The notes under the pieces: generated by a model | Databases searched by the model: none | Seen by the model: the letters and a program-made list of their open reading frames with translations, nothing else | What the model was told of the DNA's origin: nothing | Program-made: the position numbers and the translations under genes | Part shown: piece after piece, positions 1 to 12,699 of the stretch | How the letters are laid out: every line of letters begins with the position of its first letter | Numbering within the stretch: position 1 is the first letter of the stretch | Assembly: GCF_963921235.1 (NCBI RefSeq) | Contig: NC_086108.1 | Location: 7,006,001 to 7,070,000 of the forward strand | Origin: Mobula hypostoma | Lineage: Eukaryota | Length of the DNA: 64,000 nucleotides | Direction of reading: 5' to 3'

Positions 1-251
1 TCCCACGGAATTCCTGTAATTCCTTTCACCATCAATCCTTCTTCCTCGTGCCTCATCTCTTAATATTTCATCTTCTCGATATTCGAGCTCTGCCCTCCAG
101 ACTGTATTTTATAATTGTTTATGGGATGTATGCTGTTGATAAGTGCTGTATATATTGTGTACCCCTGAATTGCCCTTTCTAGTGCTGTGGGACTGCAGTC
201 ACATTCAGGTCAAGCCAGGTAAGGACAGCAGATTTCCTTCCCTCAAGGAAG

Positions 252-920
252 TCAAAGTTCAAAGTAAATTTTATTATCAGAGTAAATATATGCCATCACA
301 TACAACCCTGAGAGTCATTTTCTTGTGGGCATACGCAGCAAATCTAGAGAATAGTAACTATAACAGGATCAATGAAGTTAAACCAGAGTGCAGACTATGC
401 AAAAGCAAATGTAAATAAATAGCAATAAATAATGAGAAAATGAAATAGCACGGTAAAGAGTTCTCAAGTGAGATCATTGATTGTGGGAAACATCTCATGG
501 GTGGGCAAGTGAGTGTAGTTATCCCCTTTTCTTCAACAGCCTGATGGATGAGGGGTAGGAACCATTCCTGAACCTGGTGATGCAAGTTCTGAGGCTCTTG
601 TACCTTCTGCCTAATGACAGCAGCAAGAAGAGAGCATAACCTAAGTGGTGAGGATCTCTGATGATGGATGCTGCTTTCCTACAACAATATTTCATGTAGA
701 TGTGCTCAACAATTGGGAGGGCTTCACTCGTGATGTGCTGGGCCGGATCCACTACCTTTTGTCGAATTTTCCATTTAAAAGCATTGATGTTTTCATACCA
801 GGCTGTGATGCAGGCAGACAATACACTAGACATCTATAGAAGTTTGTCAAAGTGTTGGAAGTCATGCTGAATTTCTGCAGACTCCTAAGGGAGTAGAGCC
901 GTTGCCGGGCTTTCTTCGCA
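252..920 (-). mobile_element. Rex1/Babar-type LINE, 5'-truncated 3' fragment
   Basis: ORF 519..833 (KAASIIRDPHHLGYALF...RYKSL...RFRNGSYPSSIRLL) is the C-terminus shared by many LINE copies in this window; tail reads TCAAAGTTCAAAGTAAATTT on +. Confidence 0.75.
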
Positions 921-1120
921 ATTGATTTTTTTTCGACATTCGTGTAGTATTGTAGGTGGTGTTGCTCAGAGAAACTTTTGACACCAGATTTATTGAGCTA
1001 ACTGAATATAAATTTTCCTGCATTCCTGGTGGAATTTTTCTTCTAATTATCACACAGCAGGTGTTTGGTAACATTCTTGAAATTCCTTGCTGTACTTGTT
1101 GTCTACACTTCTCTCTTTTA

Positions 1121-3090
1121 GAATTGGAATCAGGTTTAATATCACCGGCATATGTCATGAAATTTGTCGTCTTTGCGGCAGCAGTACAATGCAATACACA
1201 ATAATAGGAAAAACATGAATTACTGTATGTGTGTGTGTATGTATGTATATGTGTAAATATATATTATAGTTTAAGTAAGTAGTACAAAAATAAAAAAGCA
1301 GTGAGGTAGTATTCATGGGTTCAATGTCCATTCAGAAATTGGCCGGCAGAGGGGAAGAAATGGTTTCTGAATCATTGCGTGTGTGTCTTCAGGCTTCTGT
1401 ACCTCCTCCCTGATGGTAGCAGTGAGAACAAGGCATGATTTGAGTGATGGGGTTCCTCAATGATGGATGCCACCTTTTTGAGGAATTGCTCTTTGAAGAT
1501 GTTCTGGATACTACAGAGGCTAGTGCCCACAATGGAGATGACTAAGTTTATAACTCTTTGCAGCTTATTTCAATCCTGTGCAGTAACCATAAGATATAGA
1601 AGCAGAAGTAGCCCATTCGGCCTGTGGAGTCTGCTCCGCCATTCAATCATGGGCTGATCTAATTCTTCCAGTCGTCCCCACTCCCCTGCCTTCTCCCCAT
1701 ACCCTTTGATGCCCTGGCTAATCAAGAACCTATCCATCTCTGCCTTAAATGCACCCAGTGACTTGGCCTCCACAGCCACTCGTGGCAACAAATTCCACAG
1801 ATTTACCACCCTCTGACTAAAGTAATTTCTCTGCATCTCTGTTCTCAGTAGACATCCTTCAATCCTGAAGTCGTGCCCTCCTGTCCTTGGCTCCCCTACC
1901 ATGGGAAATAATTTTGCCATATCTAATCTGTTCAGGCCTTTTAACATTCGGAATATTTCTATGAGATCCCGCCCCCCCCCCCCAATTCTCCTGAACTCCA
2001 GGGAATACAGCCCAAGAGCTCCCAGACGTTCCTCGTATAGTAACCCTTTCATTCCTGAAATCATTCTCGTGAATCTTCTCTGAATCCTGTCCAATGTCAG
2101 TATATCCTTTCTAAAATAGGGAGCCCAAAACTGCACACAGTACTCCAAGTGTGGTCTCACTAGTGCCTTACAGAGCCTCGACATCACATCCCTGCTGTTA
2201 TATTCTATACCTCTAGAAATGAATGCCAACATTGCATTTGTCAGCAGGCTCTCTGTTTCCTCAACACTATCCGCTCCTTGATCTATCTTTGTATCATTGG
2301 CAAATTTAGCCACAAATCCATTAATCCCATAGTACAAATCATTCACATACATCGTAAAAAACAGCAGTCCCAACACTGACCCCTGTGGAACTCTACTGAT
2401 AACCAGCAGCCAGCCAGAATAGGATCCCTTTATTCCCACTCTCTGTTTTCTGCCGACCAGCCAATGCTCCACCCATGCTATTAACTCCCCTGTAATTCCA
2501 TGGGCTGTAGTCTTGCTAAGAAGCCTCATGTGCAGCACCTTGTCAAAGGCCTTCTGAAAATCCAAGTACACCACTCCACTGCATCTCCTTTGTTTACCCT
2601 GCTTGAAATTCCCTCAAAAAAATTGCAGTAGGTTAGTCAGGCAGGATTTTCCTTTCAGGAAACCATGCTGGCTTCAGCCTATCTTGTCATGTGCCTCCAG
2701 ATATTCCGTAATCTCATCCCTAACAATCGATTCCAACAACTTCAACTGATGTCAGGCTAACAGGTCTATAGGTTCCTTTCTGCTGCCTCCCACCCTTCGT
2801 AAATAGCGGAGTAACATTGATGCCAATACAGCCAGTCAGAATGCTCTCCATGTAGAAATTTTGTGTGTGTTTTTGGTGACACACCAAATCTCCTCAAACT
2901 GCTAATGAAATGAAATATAGCTACTGTTGTGCTTTCTTTGTAGCTGCATCACTATGTTGGGTCCAGGATAGATCCAAAGAGATGTTGACACCCAGGAAGC
3001 TGAAGTTACTGACTCTTCCTCTTCTGATCACTCTATGAGGACTGATGTGTGTTCCCTCATCTTACCCTTTCTGAAGTCTACAATCAGTTC
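1121..3090 (-). mobile_element. Rex1/Babar-type LINE 3' fragment split by a CR1 insertion (parts about 1121-1585 and 2821-3090)
   Basis: GAATCAGGTTTAATATCAC tail at about 1127; sequence is collinear with the uninterrupted copies at 20244-20840 and 39330-40040 on both sides of the CR1. Confidence 0.75.
1586..2820 (-). mobile_element. CR1 LINE fragment (RT C-terminal half plus 3' UTR), internally deleted
   Basis: ORF 1570..2574: YLDFQKAFDKV, VPQGSVLG, KFANDT (degenerate FADD), LVRPHLEYCVQFW, FSQRVVNLWN. Confidence 0.9.
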
Positions 3091-3269
3091 TGAACTCCAT
3101 TAGAATCTACCATATTTTGACCACCTTCCTTAAGCTACTGTTACACAGCACAAAAACAGAATCTTCTGCCCTCCATATTCCGACTGACTATCAACCATCC
3201 TCGTGCACTAATCCCATTTTGCTTGCATTTTCATCAACCCCACCTGCCAATGGATTCTACTGCTAGCTA

Positions 3270-3440
3270 CCTACACTTGGACATTACCCAGTAAACCTAC
3301 TAACTAGCATGTCTTTGGTGTGTGGCAGGAGATTGGAGCACTAGGGGGAACCCACATGGGGAAGGTGCAGACTGTGCAGACAGAACTCAAGTTCGGATTG
3401 ACCCTGGTTCTCTGAAGTTGTGACGTAACGGTGCTGCCCT
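3270..3440 (-). mobile_element. HE1-like V-SINE, degraded
   Basis: GTCTTTGG..TGTGG.AGGA...GGAGCAC...GGAAACCCAC motif is the reverse complement of the V-domain seen at 19440-19605. Confidence 0.55.
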
Positions 3441-3757
3441 CTCCTCTTACTGCTGACGAGGGCTGATACATGATGATTCTGTACGTAGGAACCTGCTATA
3501 CAGTGCTGCCTCAAGGTGCAATCACTGGTGGTATGTGGTTATGTATACACACCACACCTATAATCTATGGGATTGTGCCAATGTTGCTGTGATTTCACTT
3601 GGCGTGGAGTTTACAAATGTGAAAACAGTATTAGCATGTTTCTGGAGGGAAAACTAGGGGGAGAGATACTACACACTATACAGATTTATTACCAAAATTA
3701 TCAGTTGGTAACCACTTGCCATAGAGTTGGAAGGGAGTGTGCTGTGGGAAGATCCAA

Positions 3758-4820
3758 AATTCAAGATTGGAGGAACACGATAATAACAAAAGAACACATT
3801 AAACATAAATACATGAGAAAGCTTATATACAGAGATTGTATGTTCATAAATTGATGTTAGCCACAGGAATGTCTGTACATAAGGTGACTGACCGGTAATG
3901 ATAAAATAGTGGTAGTCGGGGGTGTGGAGGGGTGGGTTAGTGGGTGGAGGTGTTCATCAGCCTTACGGTTTGGGGAAAGTAACTTTTTGAGTCTGGTCCT
4001 GGTGTGGATGCTACATGGCCTCCTCCCTGGTGGGAGTGGGACAAACAGTCTATGAACAGGGTGTGAGGGATCCTTCGTGACGTTACTGGCCATTTTCTGA
4101 CACCTTCCTGTATATACATCTTTGATAGTGGGTAGGTTGGTGCTGGTGATGCGTTGGACGGTTTTGACTACTCATTGTAGAGTCTTCTGTCTGCCACAGT
4201 GCAATTTCTGTACCGAGTAGTGCTGCAGCTGGTTGGGATGCTCTCTACTGCACATCTGTAGCACGATGTCTGTATAAATGTACATAGTCCAGCTCTCTTC
4301 AGCCTCCCCAGAAAGTGAGCTTTCCTGATTGTGTGTAGTGGGACTATGAGAGGTTGTGCAAGATGTGCACTCCCAGGAGTTTGAAACGACTCACAGTTCC
4401 CACTGCTGTGCCTTTGATGTAAAGAGGATTATGAGTGGTGCAAGTTCTCCTGAAGTCGATAACCGTCTCCTTTCCTCGTTCAGGAAGAGGTTATTTGTTT
4501 TGCCACCAGCCCTCGCGCTCTCCCACCTCTTCTGTAGGCATCTCATCATTGTTGATGAACCCAACCACTGCCATGTCATCAGTGAGCTTGACGTGTGATT
4601 ACTTGTGTGTGTGTCTATGCAGTTACGTGGGAGCAGAATGTACAGCAATGGGTTCAGCGCACAACCTTGGAGGGGCATCTGTGTTGAGAACGATGGGAAG
4701 CAAGTTCTGCATCTTGATTATCTGAGGTCTTCTTGTTAGGAAGTCCAATCCACAGTTGTACAAAGGTATATTTAGCCAAGGAGTAGAAGTTTGTTCACCA
4801 AAGTCTGAGGGACAATAGTG
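3758..4820 (-). mobile_element. Rex1/Babar-type LINE fragment, degraded
   Basis: ORFs with QGCALNPLLY (4391..4678) and KDPSHPVHRLFVPLPPGRR (3857..4093). Confidence 0.7.
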
Positions 4821-4949
4821 GGAATAGAATTTTCTGAAAAATGTGTTTTAAAAAAAAGAAAAGTTAAGAAGATGAGGTAGAAGAGAAAAGATGAATTCTT
4901 AACAAACAGTTTGACAGCTTCAAAGGGTTTACTTCTTTTGAATAACTTA

Positions 4950-5345
4950 TCATCGTCACCATCATCATTATCATATGCTGTTTTATGACGTGGGCAACGG
5001 TTGCCCTTTCAGGACCGTGGTTGTTCTTGGCAAATTCTGCAACAGAAGTGGTTTTCCATTGCCTCCTTCTGAACAGTGTCTTTACACAATGGGTGACCCC
5101 AGTCATTATCAATACTCTTCAGCCATTGCCTGCCTTGTGTCAGTGGTCACATAACCAGGACTTGTGATATACATCAACTGCTCATACGACCATCCACCAC
5201 CTGTTCCCGTGGCTTCATGTGACCCTGATGGGGGTGGTGGTGGGCTAAGCAGGTGCTACACCTTGTCTAAGGGTGACCTGCGGGCTAGCGGAGGGAAGGA
5301 GTGCCTTTCACCTCCTTTGGTAGAGATGTCTCTCCACCCAACACT
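4950..5345 (-). mobile_element. RTE-related non-autonomous SINE-like element with (ATG)n tail
   Basis: Homologous to 14545-14946, 27780-28150, 62600-62980 and 58120-58320 (+). Contains AATGG.AAACCACT...TTGCCAAGA resembling the BovB/RTE 5' region. Confidence 0.6.
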
Positions 5346-5569
5346 TTGAATAACTTATCACCTATACTAAAATACTTTGCTGTTTAGATTTCTCTTTCAA
5401 GGTTAAGTGTACTTAAGGTCTGAAAGATGCTAACTTTTCAACTTTAAATAATTACATTTATATATTTTCACTCTCCTCTCTCAGCACTCCTTGTCAGTAT
5501 TGCAGCACTGAAGTAATTCTTGCAGTATTTTGGCAGTCAATGTACCCTTGCCAACATTATTAAAAAATT

Positions 5570-6110
5570 GGTTAGACCCTTCATAAATTGGGGGGCCATT
5601 CCATCGAGCATACTCCGTGCAGTCCACCACAAGCAGGACTTCCCAGTGGCCAGGCATTTTAATTCCGGTTCCCATTCCTGTTCCAACATGTTAGTCCATG
5701 TGCCACAATGAGGCCACCCTCAGGATGGAGGAGCAACACCTTGTATTTTGTTTGGGTAGTCTCCACCTAATGGCATGAATATCAATTTCCCTTCTCTTTG
5801 GGGATAAAATTCTCTCCCCCTCCCCTTTTCTTTTCCCCACTCTGTCCTCTTCTCACCTGCCTATCACCTTCCCTGGGTCCCTGCTCCTTCCCTTTCTCCC
5901 ATGGTCCACTCTCCCCTTCTGTCAAATTATTCCTTTTCCAGCCCTTGACCTTTCCCACCCCTTCTTTCTCAGTCCTGAAGAAGGGTCTTGTCCTGAAACG
6001 ATGACTGTCTATTCATTTCCATAGATGCTGCCTGACCTGCTGATTTCTTCCAGCATTTTGTGTCCGTGTTGCTTTGGATTTTCAGCATCTGCAGAATCTC
6101 TTGTGTTTAT
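5570..6110 (+). mobile_element. Penelope-like element 3' fragment (GIY-YIG C-terminus plus terminal repeat)
   Basis: KQDFPVARHFNS...HS; GAGGAGCAACACCT (EEQH); terminal repeat with a degenerate hammerhead motif at 5971-6006. Confidence 0.8.
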
Positions 6111-7404
6111 CATAAGACGTGTTTCAGAGGTAATAAAGGGCCACTCTTTTCCCTCTCTTTTAGAAAGCTAATTCTGAGAATAAGCCACGTCAGTGATGCT
6201 TCATTGTCGAGCACTCTCACATGGGTAGGAAGATCGTAGCATTGTGATCTATGCCAGTATTGGTTTTACGTTGCTAAGGAAATGCTGCACTGCCATCCTG
6301 TAGGTGTCTTGTTCAAACTTACCTGTCTGGAAAGTTAGCAGTACGTTTGGTTGTGGTGGCTTCTATAGGATCAAGAAAAGGTGCTACTGTCGTGTTTAAA
6401 TGAATGTAAGATCCTGCTATACATTAAGGACAGAGTACTGTAGGTCCACTCCATCGGTGAGTTGTTTGTTGCCAGAGAAAGTGAAGGAGCTGTGCATCGT
6501 GCTGCTGCCTGAGTCGAAAGAGGCCTACAGTCTAATAGTGAGGGGCTGTCTTGGTCACTTTTATTGTGATTGCAAGACCTTTTTGGACATCGTTAATGTG
6601 GTATGCCGCAAGTTCCATTCGCCGATTTACTGGCAGAGAGCAGGGGTGGATGGCTAGGGTGCTGCGTGGTCTCGGTCCGAACGAGGACTAGGCCTCGAAC
6701 CATGGTGTTGCCAGTTTACAGCTGCCAGGAGAGGGGCATTGAAGCTGATGTGTTGCACTGTGGGTGCTGTGGAGCGGCATCCAGGCTGGAGTTGGTGCTG
6801 CCCACCCACACGAGTACCCACTCTCAGTTGTGGTCGACTGCAGATTTCTGTGGCATTCAGTTGACTCAGCCTCAAGCCATAGTTGCCTGATTGCAGCCAC
6901 CAGGAGAGAGGCGTAGAAGTTGGTGTGCCCACCCAGTGTTCATTTGACAGAATATAAGCTCTTTTGTGGTCGTCTGCAGATTTAGGTGGCATTGGGTGGC
7001 TTGAGTTTGGTCTCTTTTATTGTGTAGCTGTATCTTTCTATCTTATATGTGCTAAGTGTGCTTTGTGCTGTGTGTGACTGTCGGTATTGTATTGTGTTGG
7101 TAACGCTGTCTCGTTTGGCTGTATTCATGAGTAGTCAAAATGGCTGAATGACAATTAAACTGAATTGTCTGAGTGTTGTAGATGAACTTTTAAACCAACA
7201 GAAGAGGAACTGAACTTCCTAATGCTTTAACTTGGTACACATTTCTTATTCAAGAAGTAGCAATTGTTCCGAATATTATCTGGTTATGTGACCTTGATGT
7301 TTGCAACTTAATGCTCTATTTCATGTATTTGAAGGCTAATTTACAGATCATGAATGCGATTGTTTATTTCTCCACCATGATTAGAGCTAACTTTAAGCAG
7401 GTTA

Positions 7405-8460
7405 CCATAAAACCATACGACATAAGAGCAGAAATAGGCCATTTGGCCCATCAATTCTGCTCCACCATTCCATCATGGATGATTTATTATCCCTCTCAGC
7501 ACCATAAGGCTTAGGAGCAGATTGAGGCCATTTAGACTATCAACTCAGCTCTGCTATTCAATCATTGCTGATTTATTATTCCTCCCAACCTTATTTTCCT
7601 GCCTTCTCCCTGTAACCTTTGATGCCCTGACTAAGCAGGAACCTATTAACTTCTGCTTTAAATATACCCAATGACTTGGTCTCCACAACCGTCTGTGACA
7701 ATGAATTTCACAGATTCAATGACCTCGGGCTAAAGAAATTCCTCCTCATCTCTGTTCTAAAGCGACGTCCTTCTATTCTGAGGCTGTGCCAGGACAGTCA
7801 TCTGCCTGGCAGGTGCACAGCCATCTGTTTCAAACTTTCCTAAGATTGAAATAGGAAGCTTCCATCACAAAACTCATTCAGCTAATTGCGTTTTCTTTTA
7901 CAGAATGTAACAGGCTTATTTTTGTTTATTCCACTCCATAGATGCTCCCCCTGACCTGCTGAGTTCCTCCAGCATTTGTGAGTGTTCAATGAGTCATAGA
8001 GAAGTACACCACAGAAACAGGCCCTTTGGCCCATCTAGTCCATGCTGAACCATTTAAACTGCCTAGTCCCATCAACTTGCACCAGGACCATAGCCCCGCA
8101 TATCCCTACCATCCATGTACCTATCCAAACTTCTCTTAAAAGTTGAAATTGAACTTGTATGCACCACTTGTGCTGGCAGCTCATTCCACACTCTCACCAC
8201 CCTCTGAGTGAAGGAGTTTCCCCTCGTGTTCCCCTTAACTTCTCACCTTTCACTCTTAACCCATGACCTCAGGTTGAATTCCCACCTAACCTCAGTGGAA
8301 AACGCTTTCGTGCATTTACCCTATCTATACCCCTCATAATTTTGCATACCCCTATCAGATCTCGCCTCCGTCTTCTATGTTCCAAATAATAAAGTCCTAA
8401 CCTATTTAATCCTTCCTTCTAACTCAGGTCTTCCAGACCTGGCAACATCCATGTAAATTT
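7405..8460 (-). mobile_element. Stacked CR1 3' fragments (about 7405-7790 and 7990-8460) with a short Penelope tail between them
   Basis: Repeated ACCATAAG...GCAGA...GGCCATTT tails; homology to the CR1 3' regions at 1586-1900 and 39135-39330. Confidence 0.65.
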
Positions 8461-9947
8461 TAAATTTACAGAAAATAACAAGTTTATTATTATTGTGTAA
8501 CAATAACATACTGCTTTTTTTTGTTCTCTCGCAATCCTGATGAAAACTTTGTCAATTATTTGCACTCTTTAAGTTCTTGCGTTCAGAAAATAGTGGAAAT
8601 CTGATCTGGTGCATGGCAGAAAGAGAATGAAATAGCCAGTATTTTATTGTTATAATGAGTTAAAATAACAGGTGTGTTCCTCAAGATTTCTAGCATCTAC
8701 AGACTTTCTTGTGTTTAAGGATCCAATGCGTCATCAGACAGTGCTGTTAACCTACTGTTGTTCAAGCTATCCTGTTTTATATTTAACCGTTTTCAATTCT
8801 CTTTCTTCCTCCTCCTCCTCCTCCTCCTTTGAGTTAATTCCTAAGTCATATAAAAATACAGCATCAAAAAGCCTTTTTTGGTTCATTGTCCATGCCAGTA
8901 TCTATGCTGTACACAAACATATCCTCCTGACCTTATTTTGACCTTATAAATGAACTGCTTTCTTTCTTCACGTGAGTGGGTACAGGAGCCTCAGGTCCCA
9001 CATCACCAGGCTCAGGAGCAGTTCAACCATCAGGCTGCTGATCACTCCACTCACCTCAGCTCTGAGCTGATTCCTCAGCCTACAGACTCACTTCCAAGGA
9101 CTCATGTTCTCAATATTATAATTTTTTATATTTGCTCGGATTTTTTTACACATTGGTTGTCAGTCTTTGTGTATATTTTTCATTGATTCTGTTGCATTTC
9201 TTTGTTCTACTGTGAATGCCCACAAGAAAATGAATCTCAGTGTAGTATATGGTACTGTACTTTGATATTAAGTTTACTTTGAACTAGTTCACTTAAAGGC
9301 ATCTACACTGTTTAACTCCACCATGTCGTCTGTTAGCAAAGTTTCTCTCCCCTTTATTGAAGGCAGTATAGTTGCTGAGGCTTCTGAGAATTTGTTTTGT
9401 CTTTGACAGACAATCTTTAAAAATGTTTTTCAGCAGAACTCGCCCATCTCCTGTTTCTCTTTCCAAAGCAGTCTGCCATGTACCAGATCATGTTTCCATT
9501 ACTTTCTGAACTCCGGAGCATACACAGTGCAAATAACTGGCAGCATTTTCATCAGGATTGCGAGAGAACCGACAAGAGCCAGTATAGAGCAAAACAGCAG
9601 CAGTGTAATAGATGGAATAGAACTCTGTGTTTAGAGAGCACAGCATCAGACCTCAAAGCAGAAAATGTTGTAAACATTGGTCAGGTCAAACTGCATCTGC
9701 AAAGAAGGAAATAGATTTGACGTTCAGGTTGTTGACCTCTTGCTTGCACTGGATAAAGGTGAGCTAATGTAGTTCTGCTTTGATTGGAGAAGCAAATTTG
9801 AATGTTGAAAATGAATCACCTTGAAGCAATTTAGTTAACACTTGAGAACAGTGATCTTATTTGTAGTAAAATTTGCAAAATGTGGTGGAGGGGGGGAATG
9901 TGTGTTGCCAGTAATTGGTTTGTGTTTCTTGATCTTTGCAGACTTTG

Positions 9948-10545
9948 GAATCAGAATCAGGTTTAGTATCACTGACATATGGTGTGAAATTTGTTTTTTG
10001 GCAGCAGTACATTGCAATACATAAAAAAAGCTATAAATTACTGTGAGAAGTGTGTGTGTGTATGTATGTGTATATATGTATAATATTAACTGAAATAAGT
10101 AATGCAAAAAGAGAGGGAAAAGATAGTAGGATAGTGTTCATAGGTTCACTATCTATTTAGAAATTGAATGTTGGGTCACAAACAAGAAAATCTGTAGATG
10201 TTGGAAATCCAAGCAACACACACAAAATGCTGGAGGGACTCAGCAGGCCAGGCAGCGTCTCTAGAAAAGATGTGTGTTCCTCAAATGTTGAGTGTGTGTC
10301 TTCAAGCTCCCATGTCTCCTCCCTGATGGTAGCAGTGAGAAGAGGACATGTCTAGGGTGATGGGGGGGCGGTGAGGGTCTTAATAACAGATGCCACCTTT
10401 TTGAGGCATCCGCGTTTGAAGATTTCCTCATTGCCCATGATGAAGATGGCTGAGTTTGCTACTTTCTGCAGCTTTTTCCAATCCTGTGCAGTGGCCTTCC
10501 CCCACCCCCGCAACCAGTGAGAATGCTCAACACGGTTCATCTGTA
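9948..10545 (-). mobile_element. Rex1/Babar-type LINE 3' fragment interrupted by a Penelope tail (about 10178-10270)
   Basis: GAATCAGAATCAGGTTT tail; ORF 10352..10606 TAQDWKKLQKV...CLKKVASVIK. Confidence 0.7.
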
Positions 10546-10725
10546 GAAATGTGTATCTAATAAAGTAGCCACTGAATGTAGATCCAAGGGTGGGGGTGGA
10601 AAACATAGAAATGGATACCAGTATTTTGTAATCGATTCATCTGAGTAAGAACTCTGTAGCTCGTCATCTTGGGGAAATGAGTAAAGGCATTAAGTATTAC
10701 TACAAAGTAAAGCAGACTTTGGATC

Positions 10726-11429
10726 CACACTGGTTCAGGAGCCTGATGGTTGTGGGGTAATAACTGTTCCTGAACCTGGTGGTGTGGGACCTGAGGCTCA
10801 TTGTGGTGAGTGAAGTTACCCACACTGGTTCAGGAGCCTGATGGTTGTGGGGTAATAACTGTTCCTGAACCTGGTGGTGTGGGACCGGAGGCTCATTGTG
10901 GTGAGTGAAGTTACCCACACTGGTTCAGGAGCCTGATGGTTGTGGGGTGATAACTGTTCCTGAACCTGGTGGTGTGGGACCTGAGGCTCATTGTGGTGAG
11001 TGAAGTTATCCACACTGGTTCAGGAGCCTGATGGTTGTGGGGTAATAACTGTTCCTGAACCTGGTGGTGTGGGACCTGAGGCTCATTGTGGTGAGTGAAG
11101 TTATCCACACTGGTTCAGGAGCCTGATGGTTGTGGGGTAATAACTGTTCCTGAACCTGGTGGTGTGGGACCTGAGGCTCATTGTGGTGAGTGAAGTTATC
11201 CACACTGGTTCAGGAGCCTGATGGTTGTGGGTAATAACTGTTCCTGAACCTGGTGGTGTGGGACCTGAGGCTCATTGTGGTGAGTGAAGTTATCCACACT
11301 GGTTCAGGAGCCTGATGGTTGAGGGTTAATAACTGTTCCTGAACCTGGTGGTGTGGGACCTGAGGCTCATTGTGGTGAGTGAGGTTATCCACACTGGTTC
11401 AGGAGCCTGATGGTTGTAGGGTAATAACT
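10726..11429. repeat. Tandem minisatellite, 95-bp unit, about 7.4 copies
   Basis: Unit CACACTGGTTCAGGAGCCTG...GAGTGAAGTTAYC starts at 10726, 10821, 10916, 11011, 11106, 11201, 11295 and 11390; the ORF track repeats with the same 95-bp period. Confidence 0.97.
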
Positions 11430-11774
11430 CTTGTACCTCCAGTCCAATGGTAGTGAGAAGAGAGTACGAACTGAAAGGTGGGGGTCCTTGATGACAGATG
11501 CTGCTTTCTAGTGGCAGTGCTCCATGTAGGTGTGCTCAGTGATGGGTAGGGCTTTGCCTGTGATGGACTGGGAGCAGAGAGCGGAGAAAGAAATTTGCCT
11601 CTAGTCAAGAGCCAAACATATGTAAGAAGAAACCCCCACTAACTGTGATGGGGGGGGGGCGGTGGCTCTAACCAGTAGTTGTAGTTATATGTTTAATTAT
11701 TTACTTAGTTATCTGGATAGGTGGATGTTTGATGGATAGACAGGCGTTCGGAAAGACAGATGTTTGATGGATAT

Positions 11775-12310
11775 ATATACTTTATACTTCATTGTCACCA
11801 AACAATTGGTACTAGAACATACAATCATCACAGTGATATTTGATTCTGCGCTTCCCACTCCCTGGATTACAAATATTAAATGTTAAAAATAGTTAAAATT
11901 AGTAAATATTAAAAATTTAAATTATGAATCATAAATAGAAAATAGAAAAATGAGAAGGAAGGTAGTGCAAAAAAAACCGAGAGGCAGGTCCGTATATTTG
12001 GAGGGTACGGCCCAAATCCAGGTCAGGATACGTTCAGCAATCTTATCACAGTTGGAAAGAAGCTGTTCCCAAATCTGGCCGTACGAGTCTTTAAGCTCCT
12101 GGACCTTCTCCCGGAGGGAAGAGGGGCGAAAAGTGTGTTTGGCTGAGTGGGTCGTGTCCTTGATTATCCAGGCAGCACTGCTTCGACAGCGTACGATGTA
12201 AAGTGAGTCCAAGGATGGAAAATTGGTTTGTGTGATGTGCTGGACCGTGTTCATGATCTTCTGCAGCTTCTTCCGGTCTTGTACGGGACAACTTCCATAC
12301 CAGGTTGTAT
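11775..12310 (-). mobile_element. Rex1/L2-group LINE 3' fragment (distinct subfamily)
   Basis: ORF 11922..12254 ..PSLDSLYIVRCRSSAAWIIKDTTHSA; (TATACTT)n tail on +. Confidence 0.65.
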
Positions 12311-12699
12311 ACTTTGATGCATACTTCTGAAGGTTTTAAAAGACAATAGTTTTAATCCTGTTGATATCTTGTGGTTGTTTTGTGTTCCTTTGGATGGTTG
12401 CACCCTGTCACAAATTCTGTTTAAGAACTGAATAAATTTCCAACCTGATGACACTGAATGGAAAAGGGCAGGGTTCGCCATTCATGTGGGTAATGAAGGA
12501 GGAACTAACTCTATGCTCAGTTACTGTGCCAAGCTCCCTCTGGGCAGTTGAAGGAATATCAGACATTGGGAATATGGCTGGATTCCCTGGTCTGGCAGCA
12601 CTTCACAATTGAGCTGGTTTGTAGTGCAGCTTAAAATCAAAACCACAAAAGAAAGGGAAATCTATTTGACATGTTAACTTTCCTGTCCCACCTATTACT

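Noticed and set aside
1..105. Short open frame on the minus strand at the window edge (WRAELEYREDEILRDEARG...)
   Set aside because: No recognisable homology, weak acceptor, truncated by the window boundary.
9478..9714. 78-aa ORF overlapping the inverted-repeat arm as a host exon
   Set aside because: Several frames are open and none gives a recognisable protein; not called without expression data.
10726..11429. CRISPR-like array or repetitive protein gene
   Set aside because: Units are head-to-tail with no unique spacers, no cas genes are present, and the 95-bp unit is not a multiple of 3 and derives from a LINE.
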